Origin: an uncultured Actinomycetes bacterium
GTDB taxonomy: Bacteria; Actinomycetota; Thermoleophilia; UBA2241
Length of the DNA: 64,000 nucleotides
Direction: 5' to 3'
Assembly: GCA_963709345.1 (NCBI GenBank)
Contig: CAVPVX010000002.1
Coordinates: 64,001 to 128,000 of the forward strand
Shown here: piece after piece, positions 23,208 through 33,627 of the stretch
Position numbering within the stretch: the first letter of the stretch is position 1
Layout: every line of letters starts with the position of its first letter
Notes under the pieces: model-generated
Told to the model about the DNA's origin: nothing
The model's input: only the letters and a program-made list of their open reading frames with translations
The model's database searches: none
Made by a program: the position numbers and the translations under genes

Positions 23208-24064
23208 TCCGCGATCATGGCAAAGGCGGCGGTCCCCGGGCCGATATGGGTACCGACCACCGCGGCGACGTGGCCCTGGAAGGTGTAGTGGGCGTTCGGA
23301 CGCAGCCGCTCGATCATCTCGCGGATGAGCGGAGGCTCCTCGTCGTTCACGGCGTCGATGATGCAGAAGTACAGGTCGTCGTCCGGCTTGCTGTTCTCCT
23401 CGACGAAGCGCTCCATCGCCGCCATCGCCTTCTTCTGACCGCGCACCTTGGCGTAGCCGGCGAGCGTGCCGTCCTGGGCGATGATGAGCGGCTTGATGTC
23501 GAAGACGCCGCCGATCAGCGAGGCGGCACGGCCGATACGGCCGCCGCGGCGCAGGTACTCGAGCGTGGCGGCGTGGACCATCAGGCTCGAGTGGTCGATG
23601 AAGTGCCCCACGTAGGCCTGCGCCTCGTCCATGGTGCACCCGGCCTCGAGGCGCACCCGGAGGCGCTCGGTGGCAAGGGACAGCGCGCTGGTCACGGTGC
23701 GCATGTCGTAGACGTGCACGGCGTCGAACTGCTCGGCCGCTTGCTCGGCTGCCCGCACCGTGCCGCTCATCTCGCCCGAGAGGTGCAGCGAGAAGACGTG
23801 CTCGTACTCCGCCAGGGCCTTCTCGTAGACCGCGGTGAACTCGCCGGCCGTCGGCTGGGACGTGGTCGGCAGGACATCCGTCGCCTCGAGCTTCGCGAAG
23901 AACTCCCTATACGTCATGTCGATCCCGTCACGGTACATCTCGTCGCCGAAGTGCACCTTGAGCGGCACCATGTACAGGCCGGGGCGGTCGAAGAAGCCCT
24001 CCGGCGGATCGCAGGTCGAGTCGCAGACGATGGCGGTGTTCTCGAGTGTCAGCAGTTGGGTCAT
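23204..24064 (-). CDS. DegV/FakB fatty-acid-binding protein
   Basis: DSTCD, PTTSQP, LS..SGT, L.YL.RGGRI, VGTHIGPG. Confidence 0.92.
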   Translation of the reverse strand: MTQLLTLENTAIVCDSTCDPPEGFFDRPGLYMVPLKVHFGDEMYRDGIDMTYREFFAKLEATDVLPTTSQPTAGEFTAVYEKALAEYEHVFSLHLSGEMSGTVRAAEQAAEQFDAVHVYDMRTVTSALSLATERLRVRLEAGCTMDEAQAYVGHFIDHSSLMVHAATLEYLRRGGRIGRAASLIGGVFDIKPLIIAQDGTLAGYAKVRGQKKAMAAMERFVEENSKPDDDLYFCIIDAVNDEEPPLIREMIERLRPNAHYTFQGHVAAVVGTHIGPGTAAFAMIAE

Positions 24065-25704
24065 TCGGCGCTCGCTAGGATCGGGTACAGGGGCTGACCG
24101 CCGTCGTGGAAGCTCACTTCGGCGGCCGGGACGAGCTCGGCGGCGAGCGTCTCGAGGGCCTCGCGGCCGACGCCCGAGCCGTTGAGCGCAGTGAGGACGG
24201 TGACGTACTCGGCATCACCGGCGGCGAACTCGCGAAGCACGCCGCCGAACGCCGTCTCGAGGTCGTCGGCCGCGGCCACGAGCAGGCCGTCGACGATGCC
24301 CATCGCCTGGCCCTCTCGGACGGCGACGCCATCGAGCTCGGAGTCGCGCACCGCGCGCGTCACCTCCGCAGACCGGAGGCCGTCGATGGCCTCCTGCATG
24401 AGCCTCGCGTTGCCGATGGCGTCCGACGCGGGATCGAACGCGACCATGGCCGCCAGGCCGCTGGGGATCGAATTCGACGGCACCACGGCGATGTGGAGGC
24501 CGCTCATCCCGGCCGCCTGCTCCGCCGCCAGGATGACGTTGCCGTTGTTGGGCAGCACGACGACCTCTTCCACGCCGAGTTCGTCCACAGCCGCGAGAAG
24601 CTGCGCCGCGCTCGGGTTCATCGACTGCCCTCCGTCGACGATCGCGTGGCAGCCCAACTCGCGGAAGAGCCGCTGATTGCCGGCGCCGGCGACCACTGCG
24701 ACGACGACCGTGCCGCCCTCGCCCACCACCGGGGCCGGAGAAGCGCTCAGGCGCTCGTCGCGTTCGCGCGTCTGCGCGTGCATGTCGTTGATCTCGACGT
24801 CGCCGATGGCGCCGTACTTGATCGCCTCGCTGAGCACGTGCCCGGGGTCGTTGACGTGGACGTGCACCTTGACGGCGCGCTCGTCTCCGACCACCAGGCC
24901 GCTGTCGCCCAGCGGCAGCAGGAAGGCCTCGAAGGCGTCGCGATCGATGCTCTCGCCGGAGATGAGGAAGCTGGTGCAGTACTGATAAGCGGAGAGCTCG
25001 CTGGGCTCCTCGACCGTCACGCGGCGCGGCGCACCGCCTCGCGCCCCGCCCGTCGCCGGCGCCACACGGCGCGCCTTCGCGGCCGGCGTCGCGTCGTGCG
25101 CAAGCGCCTGGATGCCGTCGATCATGCCACGGAAGAGCACGAGCAGGCCGTAGCCTCCCGCGTCGACGACGCCGGCCTTCGCCAGGGCCGGCAGCTGTGC
25201 GGTCGTGTTCTCGACCGCGACTCTCCCGGCCTCCTCCACCGCCGCCAGCAGGTGCTCCAGGCCGAGGCTGTCGGGCACACCCTGCGCCGCCGTGGACATC
25301 TCGCGGATCACGGTGAGCATCGTGCCTTCGACCGGCTCCTTGACGGCGCGGTACGCGGCCGCCTGCCCCTCTGCCAGCGCCTCCTTGAACACGGCGGTGT
25401 CGAGCGCGTTCGAGCGACCCCAGACCTCGCAAAGGCCGCGCACGATCTGCGACAGGATCACGCCGGAGTTGCCGCGCGCGCCCATGAGCGACCCCTTGGT
25501 CACCGCGGCCGCGACTGACGGGATATCGTTGACGTCGCTCTGCTCGAGCTCTTCGACGACGGCGCGGACGGTGAGCGCCAGGTTGATCCCCGTGTCCCCG
25601 TCGGGCACCGGATACACGTTGAGGTCGTTGATGTACTGCCGCTCGGCCTCGACAGCCGCCAGTCCGGATTCGATGACGCGGAGTGCGGCGCTACGGACGA
25701 TCAA
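24061..25704 (-). CDS. DAK2-domain protein / fatty acid kinase FakA
   Basis: INDLNVYPVPDGDTG, GARGNSGVILSQ, PVEGTMLT, VDAGG, KVHVH, GGQSMNPS; TTG overlaps the asp23 stop. Confidence 0.92.
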   Translation of the reverse strand: MIVRSAALRVIESGLAAVEAERQYINDLNVYPVPDGDTGINLALTVRAVVEELEQSDVNDIPSVAAAVTKGSLMGARGNSGVILSQIVRGLCEVWGRSNALDTAVFKEALAEGQAAAYRAVKEPVEGTMLTVIREMSTAAQGVPDSLGLEHLLAAVEEAGRVAVENTTAQLPALAKAGVVDAGGYGLLVLFRGMIDGIQALAHDATPAAKARRVAPATGGARGGAPRRVTVEEPSELSAYQYCTSFLISGESIDRDAFEAFLLPLGDSGLVVGDERAVKVHVHVNDPGHVLSEAIKYGAIGDVEINDMHAQTRERDERLSASPAPVVGEGGTVVVAVVAGAGNQRLFRELGCHAIVDGGQSMNPSAAQLLAAVDELGVEEVVVLPNNGNVILAAEQAAGMSGLHIAVVPSNSIPSGLAAMVAFDPASDAIGNARLMQEAIDGLRSAEVTRAVRDSELDGVAVREGQAMGIVDGLLVAAADDLETAFGGVLREFAAGDAEYVTVLTALNGSGVGREALETLAAELVPAAEVSFHDGGQPLYPILASAE

Positions 25705-26066
25705 TCTTGAAGATCCTCGACGCGGACGCTGATCTCGCCGACCGGCACGCCGCCGACCAACTCGACCTGGTACCGTACCTGCTCCTGCAGGTTCGCCGTG
25801 ACCTGCGCGATGTTGACGCCGCGCTCCATGATCACGTGCAAGCCGATGCTCACCTTGTCGTCGTCGACGTCGAGTTCGACGCCTTCTACGAAGGAGCCGC
25901 GGAAGAAACGGCCGATCTTCTTCATCGGCGACTCCTGCATGGCGACGACGCCGTACGTGGCGCGAGCCGCCGTGCCGGCCAGTTTGGCGATCACCTGATG
26001 GGACACGGTGACGCCTCCGCTGAGACCGGTACCGGCGAAGGGGATCCTGAGGTCGGACTGGGACAT
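25701..26066 (-). CDS. Asp23/Gls24 family protein (YloU-like)
   Basis: VIAKLAG.AA...YGVV.M...GV.I...LQEQV.Y...I.VRV; conserved position before DAK2. Confidence 0.88.
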   Translation of the reverse strand: MSQSDLRIPFAGTGLSGGVTVSHQVIAKLAGTAARATYGVVAMQESPMKKIGRFFRGSFVEGVELDVDDDKVSIGLHVIMERGVNIAQVTANLQEQVRYQVELVGGVPVGEISVRVEDLQD

Positions 26067-26080
26067 CGTCGGCCGCCCCC

Positions 26081-26293
26081 TCAGTCGCCCTTGAGATGGT
26101 TGAGTTCGTCCACCACGACGTCCGGATCGACCTGGTGGAGGATGGCTCCAGCCTCGATGGTCTCCGACTGCGCACCGATGCACAGGCTACAGGCCATCCC
26201 GTGGCCCTCGAAGATGTCGCGCGCGCCCGTGTGGGCGGCCAGCGCCTCGAAGATCGGCATGTCCTTGCTGAAACGCGTCATCGCATCTCGCAT
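26081..26293 (-). CDS. DUF1858-domain small protein (alternative start 26281)
   Basis: KDMPI.E.L...GMACSLCIGAQSETIE.GA..H.VD. Confidence 0.75.
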   Translation of the reverse strand: MRDAMTRFSKDMPIFEALAAHTGARDIFEGHGMACSLCIGAQSETIEAGAILHQVDPDVVVDELNHLKGD

Positions 26294-26332
26294 GGCTGGT
26301 GACCTCGCTCGATGGTCACGCCAGTCCCCCGT

Positions 26333-26361
26333 TTGCGTTGCCTGACCCGGTGCAGCATACT
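26333..26361 (+). promoter_or_regulatory. Putative rpmB promoter
   Basis: TTGCGT-N17-CATACT upstream of rpmB. Confidence 0.5.
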
Positions 26362-26398
26362 AGCGCGACTGTTCACCAATCAAGCTGAGGGTACACCC

Positions 26399-26590
26399 AT
26401 GTCCAAGATTTGCGTGACCTGCGGCAAGACTCCCGCGATCGGCAACAACGTCAGCCACTCGCACCGCCACACGAAGCGCCGCTTCAACCCCAATCTGCAG
26501 CGTGTGCGCATCCTCGTCGAGGGCCACCCGCAGAACGCCTACGTCTGCACCCGCTGCCTCAAGTCTGGCAAGGTAGTCAAGGCCGTCTGA
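26399..26590 (+). CDS. rpmB: 50S ribosomal protein L28 (Zn-binding C+ type)
   Basis: [10 protein letters not shown]...[20 protein letters not shown]...[11 protein letters not shown]; divergent from asp23-fakA. Confidence 0.96.
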   Translation: MSKICVTCGKTPAIGNNVSHSHRHTKRRFNPNLQRVRILVEGHPQNAYVCTRCLKSGKVVKAV

Positions 26591-26604
26591 CACCGCGCAA
26601 TGCC

Positions 26605-26634
26605 GGGCCGCGCCGCTCTACGGCGCGGCCCTTT
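26605..26634 (+). terminator. Rho-independent terminator of rpmB
   Basis: Perfect 11-bp stem GGGCCGCGCCG-ctcta-CGGCGCGGCCC followed by TTT. Confidence 0.7.
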
Positions 26635-26861
26635 CGCGTTAAGGGCCCGGTCACCCCGAGTCCTTGCCGAACACCCTCTCCCGCAGGATACGCCCCAGGG
26701 TATCCTGGTGCAGCATCCGACGCACACCACCGGAGAGGTTCGTGGGCGAAGAGCCAGGGATCCGACGCGCGCGTCCCGCGAAGCCGCACGCGAGACGGCC
26801 GGTCCCACCTCGCCCGCGGATGAGGCGGACGACGCGCCGCCACGGGCGCGCCGGTAGGCCG

Positions 26862-27326
26862 TCAGGGCAGGGTGCGCGCCAGACTGGCCATCTCCAGCGC
26901 CGTCGAAGCCGCCGCCCAGCCCTTGTTGCCGGCCTTCGTGCCGGCGCGCTCCACCGCCTGCTCGATGGTGTCGGTGGTGAGGACGCCGAAGATGACCGGG
27001 ACGCCGCTGTCGAGGCTCACCTTGGCGATGCCCTTCGCGGCCTCACCGGCCACGTAGTCGAAGTGCGGCGTCCCGCCGCGGATCACCGCGCCGAGGCAGA
27101 TCACGGCGTCGTAGCGGCCGCTCTCGGCGAGCTTCTTGGCCACCAGCGGCATCTCGAAGGCGCCGGGGACCCACGCCGAGTCGACATCGGCGTCGTCGAC
27201 GTCGTGGCGGCGCAGACAGTCCAGGGCGCCCGCGTACAGACGGCCGGAGATGAGTTCGTTGAAGCGCCCGATCACAAGGCCGAACTTCATCCCCTTGCCG
27301 TTGAGCATGCCTTCGTAGGTCGTCAT
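26862..27326 (-). CDS. ribH: 6,7-dimethyl-8-ribityllumazine synthase
   Basis: [40 protein letters not shown]. Confidence 0.95.
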   Translation of the reverse strand: MTTYEGMLNGKGMKFGLVIGRFNELISGRLYAGALDCLRRHDVDDADVDSAWVPGAFEMPLVAKKLAESGRYDAVICLGAVIRGGTPHFDYVAGEAAKGIAKVSLDSGVPVIFGVLTTDTIEQAVERAGTKAGNKGWAAASTALEMASLARTLP

Positions 27327-27391
27327 CGTGCGGCTCCTTTGCCGTGGTTGCAGCCTGGTGAGTGGCGGCTGAGCGCCCTCAGTCGCGCGGC

Positions 27392-28697
27392 TCAGCCCTC
27401 GATGCCCTCGTCGTTCCCGAACAGGTCCTCGTGCACCAGCATGTGGCCCATCTTGTCGCGCTTGGTGCGCAGGTAGCACACGTTGTCCTCCATGCGGCGC
27501 CATCTCGATGGATTCACGGCCCGTGACCGTCAGACCGTAGCCCTGCAGCGCGACGATCTTCTTGGGATTGTTCGTCATGATGCGGATCGTCGAAAGGCCG
27601 AGGTCGGCGAGGATCTGCGCGCCGATGCCGTAATCGCGCAGGTCGGGGGCGAATCCGAGCTCCTGGTTGGCCTCCACCGTGTCGAAGCCCTCCTCCTGGA
27701 GCGCGTAGGCCTTGAGCTTGTTGATGAGGCCGATGCCGCGGCCCTCCTGACGCATGTAGAGAACGACCCCCAGGCCCTCCTCCTCGATGCGCCGCATCGC
27801 CTCGGCGAGCTGCTCGCCGCAGTCGCAGCGGAGCGAGCCGAAGGTGTCGCCGGTGAGGCACTCGGAGTGGACGCGCACGAGCACGTCCCTCTTGCCGGCC
27901 ACGTCGCCCTTGACGATCGCCACGTGATGGCCGCCGTCGAGCACCGACTCGTAGCCGATCGCTTTGAAGTCGCCGTACTTGGTCGGCATCGCCACCGTCG
28001 CGGCCCGGCGCACGAGCTTCTCGTTGCGGCGCCGGTACTTGATGAGGTCGGCGACGGTGATCATCTTGAGCCCGTGCTTGCGGGCGTAGGGGATGAGGTC
28101 GGGCACGCGAGCCATCGTGCCGTCGTCGTTCATGATCTCGCAGATCACGGCGGATGGGTTGAGGCGTGCCAGCCGGGCGAGGTCGACCCCGGCCTCCGTC
28201 TGGCCACTGCGCTCGAGCACGCCGCCGGGGCGGGCCATGAGCGGGAAGATGTGGCCCGGCTGCACGAGGTCCTCGGGGCCCGATTCAGGATCGATCGCGA
28301 CCTGGATCGTGTGCGCCCGGTCGGCGGCCGAGATGCCCGTCGTCACGCCCTCGCGGGCTTCGACGGACACGGTGAACGCCGTCTGCAGACGCGTCTCGTT
28401 GTGGCTCGTCATGGGCGGCAGATCGAGCTCGGAGCAGCGTTGCGGCGTCAGCGTGAGACAGATGAGCCCGCGGCCTTCCCTCGCCATGAAGTTGATGTTC
28501 TCGGCGGTGGCGAACTGGGCCGCAAGCGTCAGGTCGCCCTCGTTCTCGCGGTCCTCGTCGTCGCACACGATGACCATCTTGCCTTCGCGCAAGTCGTCGA
28601 GCGCCCCTTCGATGGCGGCGAAAGGGCCCGGCCGCTCCCCGTCCCCGGTCTCCTCATCGCCGCGACCCGCCGCGACGTCATCTCGGTCCAGCCTCAT
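27392..28697 (-). CDS. ribBA: Bifunctional DHBP synthase / GTP cyclohydrolase II, with a +1 frameshift near 27491
   Basis: [45 protein letters not shown]; the conserved C-terminus [16 protein letters not shown] lies in another frame. Confidence 0.9.
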
Positions 28698-29335
28698 CAG
28701 AACCCCGCTTCCGCTAGCTTCTCCCAGGTGAGTCCGCCGGCCGGCTTGCGCCCGCCGACGAACGAGTACACGTACTTGGCGATCAGATCCGCCTCCACAT
28801 TGACTCGGGAGCCCTTCGTCAGGCGCCCGAGCGTCGTGACCGCGGCAGTGTGGGGGATCAGCGAGACGCGTACGTGATCGCCCTCCACCCCGACGACCGT
28901 CAGGCTCACGCCGTCGACGGCCACGGAACCCTGCGGCACGGTCAAGCGCGCGACGGTCTCCGGCGCGTCGATGTCGACGACCAGCGCGTTGTCCTCCGGG
29001 GTGACGGCCACGACGACGCCGGGCCCGTCCACGTGACCGCTGACGAGGTGTCCGCCGAGTCGGGACCGCAGCGTCATCGCCCGCTCCAGGTTGAGTCCGT
29101 CGCCCGGCCGGCGCTCCGCCAGCGTCGTGCGGCGCACCGTCTCCGGCATCGCGTCGGCGGTGAACCCGTCGGTGCGAACGGCCGTCACTGTGAGACAGAC
29201 GCCGTCGGTCAGGATGCTGTCGCCGACAGCCGTCCCCTCCGTCACGGCCAGGGCGTGGACGTCGAGCACGGCGCTCGTCTCGCCGACGCGCAGGCTGCGC
29301 AACTCCCCAACCTCTTCCACGATGCCGGTGAACAT
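28697..29335 (-). CDS. ribE: Riboflavin synthase
   Basis: [35 protein letters not shown]. Confidence 0.95.
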   Translation of the reverse strand: MFTGIVEEVGELRSLRVGETSAVLDVHALAVTEGTAVGDSILTDGVCLTVTAVRTDGFTADAMPETVRRTTLAERRPGDGLNLERAMTLRSRLGGHLVSGHVDGPGVVVAVTPEDNALVVDIDAPETVARLTVPQGSVAVDGVSLTVVGVEGDHVRVSLIPHTAAVTTLGRLTKGSRVNVEADLIAKYVYSFVGGRKPAGGLTWEKLAEAGF

Positions 29336-30432
29336 CACGCGCCGCCCTTCTCGAGGTCTCCGCTGAGCACCAGGTCATCGCAGACCCGGCGCCACTCGAC
29401 GTTCGCCACACGCCAGGCCCCGGCGACCGCGTCGACCGCCGGCGCCGCGAACAGGTCGGGCGCGCCGCGCCCGACCACGAGCGGCGCCACGAACAGCAAC
29501 AAGCGGTCGATGAGCCCGTCGCCGAGCAGAGCCCCGGCGAGCGTCGGGCCGCCTTCGCAGAGGATGTCGAGCAGGCCGCGTTCGGCGAGCGCGGCCAGAG
29601 CCGCGCGCAGGCCTCCGTCGCCCACCTCGACGAGCTCCACTCTGCGCGCCGCGAGCAGGCGCCGCTGCGCCGCCCCCGCGCGCTCGGCCACGACGATCGT
29701 CGGTGAGCGGCCGGCCGTGGCCAGCAGCTTTGCCTCCGGGGGAAGCTCGGCCGCGCGGGAGATGACGACGCGCACGGGATCTCGCCCCTCCACCAGCCGC
29801 ACGGTGAGCTCGGGGTCGTCGCGGCGCACCGTCCCGGCGCCTACGAGCACCGCGTCGACCGACGCGCGCAGCTCATGCACGGCACGCCGGCTGTCCTCGC
29901 AGCTGATCCAGCGAGCGTCGCCCCCGGCGGCGGCCACCTTGCCGTCCAGTGTGACAGCCGCCTTGTACGTGACCAGGGGAAGGCCGGTGCGCTGGAACTT
30001 CACGAACGGTGCGTTCTGCGCCCGCGCTCTGCCACTCCAGCGGCTCTCGGCGAGATCCACAGCGACGCCCCCGGCGCGAAGACGCGCAAGGCCGCAGCCG
30101 TCGACCTGCGGGTTGGGATCCTGCAGGGCGATCACCGCCCTGGCGACGCCGGCGGCGACGAGCGCATCGGCGCAGGGAGGCGTCCTGCCTTCGTGGCTGC
30201 ACGGCTCGAGCGTGCAATACAGCGTGGCGCCGCGCGTGGCGGGGCCCGCCTCGGCGAGCGCCATGGCCTCGGCGTGCGGCTCACCCGGTCGCAGGTGCCA
30301 GCCACGCCCCACGACCTCCCCGTCGCGCACCAGCACGGCGCCGACACGAGGATTGGGGTGCGTGGTGCCCCGGCCGCGCTCGGCCAGATCGAACGCCTCG
30401 TCCATGAATCGCTCGTCGTCCATATGCAGCAC
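29335..30432 (-). CDS. ribD: Riboflavin biosynthesis deaminase/reductase
   Basis: PNPRVG, HAE, TLEPCSH.GRTPPC, TLDGK, DDP.LT, EGG. Confidence 0.95.
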   Translation of the reverse strand: MLHMDDERFMDEAFDLAERGRGTTHPNPRVGAVLVRDGEVVGRGWHLRPGEPHAEAMALAEAGPATRGATLYCTLEPCSHEGRTPPCADALVAAGVARAVIALQDPNPQVDGCGLARLRAGGVAVDLAESRWSGRARAQNAPFVKFQRTGLPLVTYKAAVTLDGKVAAAGGDARWISCEDSRRAVHELRASVDAVLVGAGTVRRDDPELTVRLVEGRDPVRVVISRAAELPPEAKLLATAGRSPTIVVAERAGAAQRRLLAARRVELVEVGDGGLRAALAALAERGLLDILCEGGPTLAGALLGDGLIDRLLLFVAPLVVGRGAPDLFAAPAVDAVAGAWRVANVEWRRVCDDLVLSGDLEKGGA

Positions 30433-30480
30433 GCCCCGGAGACACGCTCCAGGGCGGACGACGCCGAAGCGCCGACCCTG

Positions 30481-30592
30481 CTTCTCTCATCCGGACTGTG
30501 ACCGTCGGCCCAGGAATCTCACCTGGTCGGCCCCTCGCGGGGCTCGCGGGCTGTTACCGCCGGTGGGGACTTCCACCCCGCCCTGAAGCAGC
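30481..30592 (-). ncRNA. FMN riboswitch (RFN element)
   Basis: Minus strand CTTCAGGGCGGGGTGGAAGTCCCCACCGGCGGT...AGCCCGCGAGC...GGTGAGATTCC...GCCGACGGT..AGTCCGGATGAGAGAAG upstream of ribD; TATAAT at 30609-30614. Confidence 0.95.
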
Positions 30593-30609
30593 TTGATCTT
30601 CCGCCGTGA

Positions 30610-31290
30610 TTATACGGCGTTCGCGGCGGCCTGCGCCACTATCGCGAACCGCCCCTCGATATCGTTGCCGCCGAACACGCTCGAACCGGCCACGAGCAGG
30701 TTCGCGCCGGCGGCGACGAGCGTGCCCGCGTTGAACTCCGTCACGCCGCCGTCGACCTCGATCGCGACCTGCTCGGGCAGATACGCCCGGGCGCGCCGCA
30801 GCTTGGCCGTCGAGGTCTCGATGAAGCTCTGCCCGCCGAAGCCTGGGTTCACCGACATGATGAGGACGAGGTCGCAGTGCTCGCGCGCCTCGGCCAGCGT
30901 CTCCACGGGAGTCGCAGGGTTCAGCGCCACGCCGGCGGCGGCGCCGGCCTCCCGGATCTGGCCCAGCACCCGGTGCAGGTGCACGCAGGCCTCCTGGTGG
31001 ACGACGACGATGTCGGCGCCGGCCGCCACGAAGGCGTCGACGTACCGTTCCGGGTGCTCGATCATCAGATGGACGTCGAGCAGCGCGCCTGCGCCGTTGA
31101 CCAACGGCTGCAGGGCCTTGAGCACGAGGGGGCCGATGGTGATGTTGGGGACGAAGTGCCCGTCCATGACGTCCACGTGGATGACGCGGGCGCCCGCGTT
31201 CAGCACGGCCTCGACGTCGTCGCCGAGACGCGAGAAGTCCGCAGACAGGATCGAGGGTGCCACATTGATTCCGTGCAGGATGTCGTCCAC
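30610..31290 (-). CDS. rpe: Ribulose-phosphate 3-epimerase
   Basis: [42 protein letters not shown]. Confidence 0.96.
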   Translation of the reverse strand: MDDILHGINVAPSILSADFSRLGDDVEAVLNAGARVIHVDVMDGHFVPNITIGPLVLKALQPLVNGAGALLDVHLMIEHPERYVDAFVAAGADIVVVHQEACVHLHRVLGQIREAGAAAGVALNPATPVETLAEAREHCDLVLIMSVNPGFGGQSFIETSTAKLRRARAYLPEQVAIEVDGGVTEFNAGTLVAAGANLLVAGSSVFGGNDIEGRFAIVAQAAANAV

Positions 31291-31337
31291 TGCTCCTCCG
31301 TTGCCTGGTCGCCGCGGCGCGTCGCCGCAGGACAAGT

Positions 31338-32732
31338 CTACCTTCCCGGCGCATCCCCGCGGCGGAAACGGGCGATGAAGAACGCGCTCGACCCCCCGTC
31401 TGGCGGAAGGACGAGGAGGTACCCGCCGGCGGCCGGGTGCGCCAGGTGCGGCCAGACGGCGCCGAGATCGTCCGCCGCCCAACCCTCCAGCCGAAGGAGC
31501 GTCGCGGCGACGTCCAGGGTCTCGGCGCGGGTCACCGTGCACACGGCGTACGTAAGCGCGCCGCCGGGCTTGACGGTGGCGGCGGCGCGTTGCAGCAGGT
31601 GCTTCTGCAGCTCCCCGAGCCTGGGCACGTCGGCGGCGCGGCGGCGCCAGCGCACGTCGGCTCGCGACGCGAGTGTGCCGAGCCCGCTGCAGGGAGCGTC
31701 GAGCAGAACGGCGTCGTACGCCTCGTCGTAGCTTGCGGGAAGGTGCAGGACGTCGCCCGGCACGACGTCGACGCCTGTCGCGCCCAGGCGGTCGAGATTG
31801 CGGCGAAGCTCCCCCGCGCGCTCCTCGTCGAGCTCGACAGCGGTGAGACGGCGGGCGCCGGGCAGCAGCGCCGCCAACTGGCTCGTCTTGGCGCCCGGAG
31901 CGGCGCACAGATCGAGGACGGCGGCCGCCGGTTCCGAGACGCCTGCGGCGGCCACCAGCCCGGCGATCTGCGAGCCGCGCGACTGCGGCGTCACCAGGCC
32001 GTCCCTGAACGGCGCCGACGGCTCCAGCGGCGGCCCCTCGTACAAGAGGGCGTCGGGCAGACCCGCGACCCCCTTCGTCGTGTAGCCTGCCTCACCGAGC
32101 GTCACGCGCGCCGCCGGCATACCCCCCCGAAGATGGTTCACGCGCAGGCAGCGCTCCGGGGGCGCGTTCGCAGCCGCGAGGTAGCGATCAGCCGCGGCGT
32201 CTCCGAGATCGCGGCGCACCAGCTTCACGAGCCAGGGCGCATAGCTCAGCCGCACCGACCAGGCGCGCGTGTCGGCGCCCTCTCCGAGCTCTGCGAGTTT
32301 GGCGCGCCCATCCGCCGCCACCCGCCGAAGCACGGCGTTGACGAATCCGCCGGCCTTACGGCCCTTGCGCGACACCATGGCGACGGCGTCGTCGACGACC
32401 GCGTACGCCGGCACCCGATCGAGGAAGAGAAGCTGAAAGGCGGCGAGGCGCAGAGCGTCTCGCACCGCGGGGTCGGCGTCGCGCAAGGGCGCCTTGGTGA
32501 AGGCGCCCAGCACGGCGTCTATGGACCCTCTCCGTTTGACCGTGCCGATGATCAGCTCGTTCGCAAGGCCGCGGTCGCGAGGGTCCAGCGTGCGCAACTC
32601 CGGCAACGACGCCAGGGACTCGTCCAGCCGCGCTCCGGACGAGCGCACTCGCCGAAGAGCGGCGAAGGCGGCGACGCGCGCTGGACTGGCCGCAGCCGTC
32701 GAGCGCTTCCCCGCTTCGCCCCCGGAGCTCAC
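31338..32732 (-). CDS. rsmB: 16S rRNA m5C967 methyltransferase
   Basis: NusB-like N-terminus (GFVNAVLR), [25 protein letters not shown]; fmt-rsmB-rpe synteny. Confidence 0.92.
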   Translation of the reverse strand: MSSGGEAGKRSTAAASPARVAAFAALRRVRSSGARLDESLASLPELRTLDPRDRGLANELIIGTVKRRGSIDAVLGAFTKAPLRDADPAVRDALRLAAFQLLFLDRVPAYAVVDDAVAMVSRKGRKAGGFVNAVLRRVAADGRAKLAELGEGADTRAWSVRLSYAPWLVKLVRRDLGDAAADRYLAAANAPPERCLRVNHLRGGMPAARVTLGEAGYTTKGVAGLPDALLYEGPPLEPSAPFRDGLVTPQSRGSQIAGLVAAAGVSEPAAAVLDLCAAPGAKTSQLAALLPGARRLTAVELDEERAGELRRNLDRLGATGVDVVPGDVLHLPASYDEAYDAVLLDAPCSGLGTLASRADVRWRRRAADVPRLGELQKHLLQRAAATVKPGGALTYAVCTVTRAETLDVAATLLRLEGWAADDLGAVWPHLAHPAAGGYLLVLPPDGGSSAFFIARFRRGDAPGR

Positions 32733-33622
32733 AGCCGCCCCAGGGTCCGGCCGGCGCCGCGCAGAAACTCGCCGGCCGGCATCCGCTTGCGTCCGTCCTG
32801 CTGCACCTCGAGCACGTCCAGCCACCCGTCGCCGGTGCGCATGCAGAGGCGTCCGGAGCCGGACGACGGCAGCGGTCCGGCTCCGACTGCGGCGCGCCAG
32901 ACGCGCAGGCGGCGACCGCCGAGCTCCGTCTCGGCCCCGATGTGGGGTGAGAGAGCACGCACCTGGTCGGCGATCGCCGGCGCGGGACGCCCCCAGTCGA
33001 TGAGCCTGTCGTCACGACCGATCTTCGCCGCATACGTCGGCGCCCCCGCCTGCGGCCGCCAGACGACGGTCCCCGCAGCGATTCCTTCGAGGGTCGTCGA
33101 GACGCCCTCGACGGCCGCCGGCGCGAGCAGCTCGTAGGCGCGGCCCGCGTCCGCATCGCGAGGCACGTGGACCATTCGGATGTCGCCCACGGGGCCTTCG
33201 TCGACGCCCGCGGTCATGAGCAGGGTGCAGACCCCCAGTTCGGTCTCGCCGGCCATGAGCGCCCGCTCCACGGGCGCAGCCCCGCGCCAGCGCGGCACCA
33301 GGGACGGGTGCACGACGATCGTGTCGAGCGCGTCCAGCACCGTCTGGCCGACGATCTGCCCGTAGGCGCAGACGACGAACACATCCGGTGAGAAAGCAAG
33401 CAGATCGCGAAGAGAGTCCGGCGCCGACACGTCCTGCGGCTGCACGACGGTCACGCCGGCGGCCGCGGCCTCGCCCTTGATCGGCGGCGCCTGCGGCGTG
33501 CCGCGGCGGCCTCTGGGCCGGTCGGGATTGGTGACGAGCGCGACGATCTCGACTCCGCGAGCGAGCAGGCCCTCGAAGACGAGTCCCGCGAAGGGCGCGG
33601 TACCCGCGAAGACGGCCCGCAT
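32729..33622 (-). CDS. fmt: Methionyl-tRNA formyltransferase
   Basis: FAGT, PDRP.GR, AYGQ, HPSLVPRWRGAAP. Confidence 0.93.
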   Translation of the reverse strand: MRAVFAGTAPFAGLVFEGLLARGVEIVALVTNPDRPRGRRGTPQAPPIKGEAAAAGVTVVQPQDVSAPDSLRDLLAFSPDVFVVCAYGQIVGQTVLDALDTIVVHPSLVPRWRGAAPVERALMAGETELGVCTLLMTAGVDEGPVGDIRMVHVPRDADAGRAYELLAPAAVEGVSTTLEGIAAGTVVWRPQAGAPTYAAKIGRDDRLIDWGRPAPAIADQVRALSPHIGAETELGGRRLRVWRAAVGAGPLPSSGSGRLCMRTGDGWLDVLEVQQDGRKRMPAGEFLRGAGRTLGRL

Positions 33623-33627
33623 GCGAC

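Noticed and set aside
26640-26810. Assignment of the intergenic structure to 6S, SRP, tmRNA or a known riboswitch
   Set aside because: No diagnostic consensus was recognisable by eye, so it is left as an unassigned candidate.
26862-29411. 849-aa ORF as one genuine protein
   Set aside because: The N-terminal part is an off-frame overlap of ribE, and the ribBA-ribH join depends on a probable indel.
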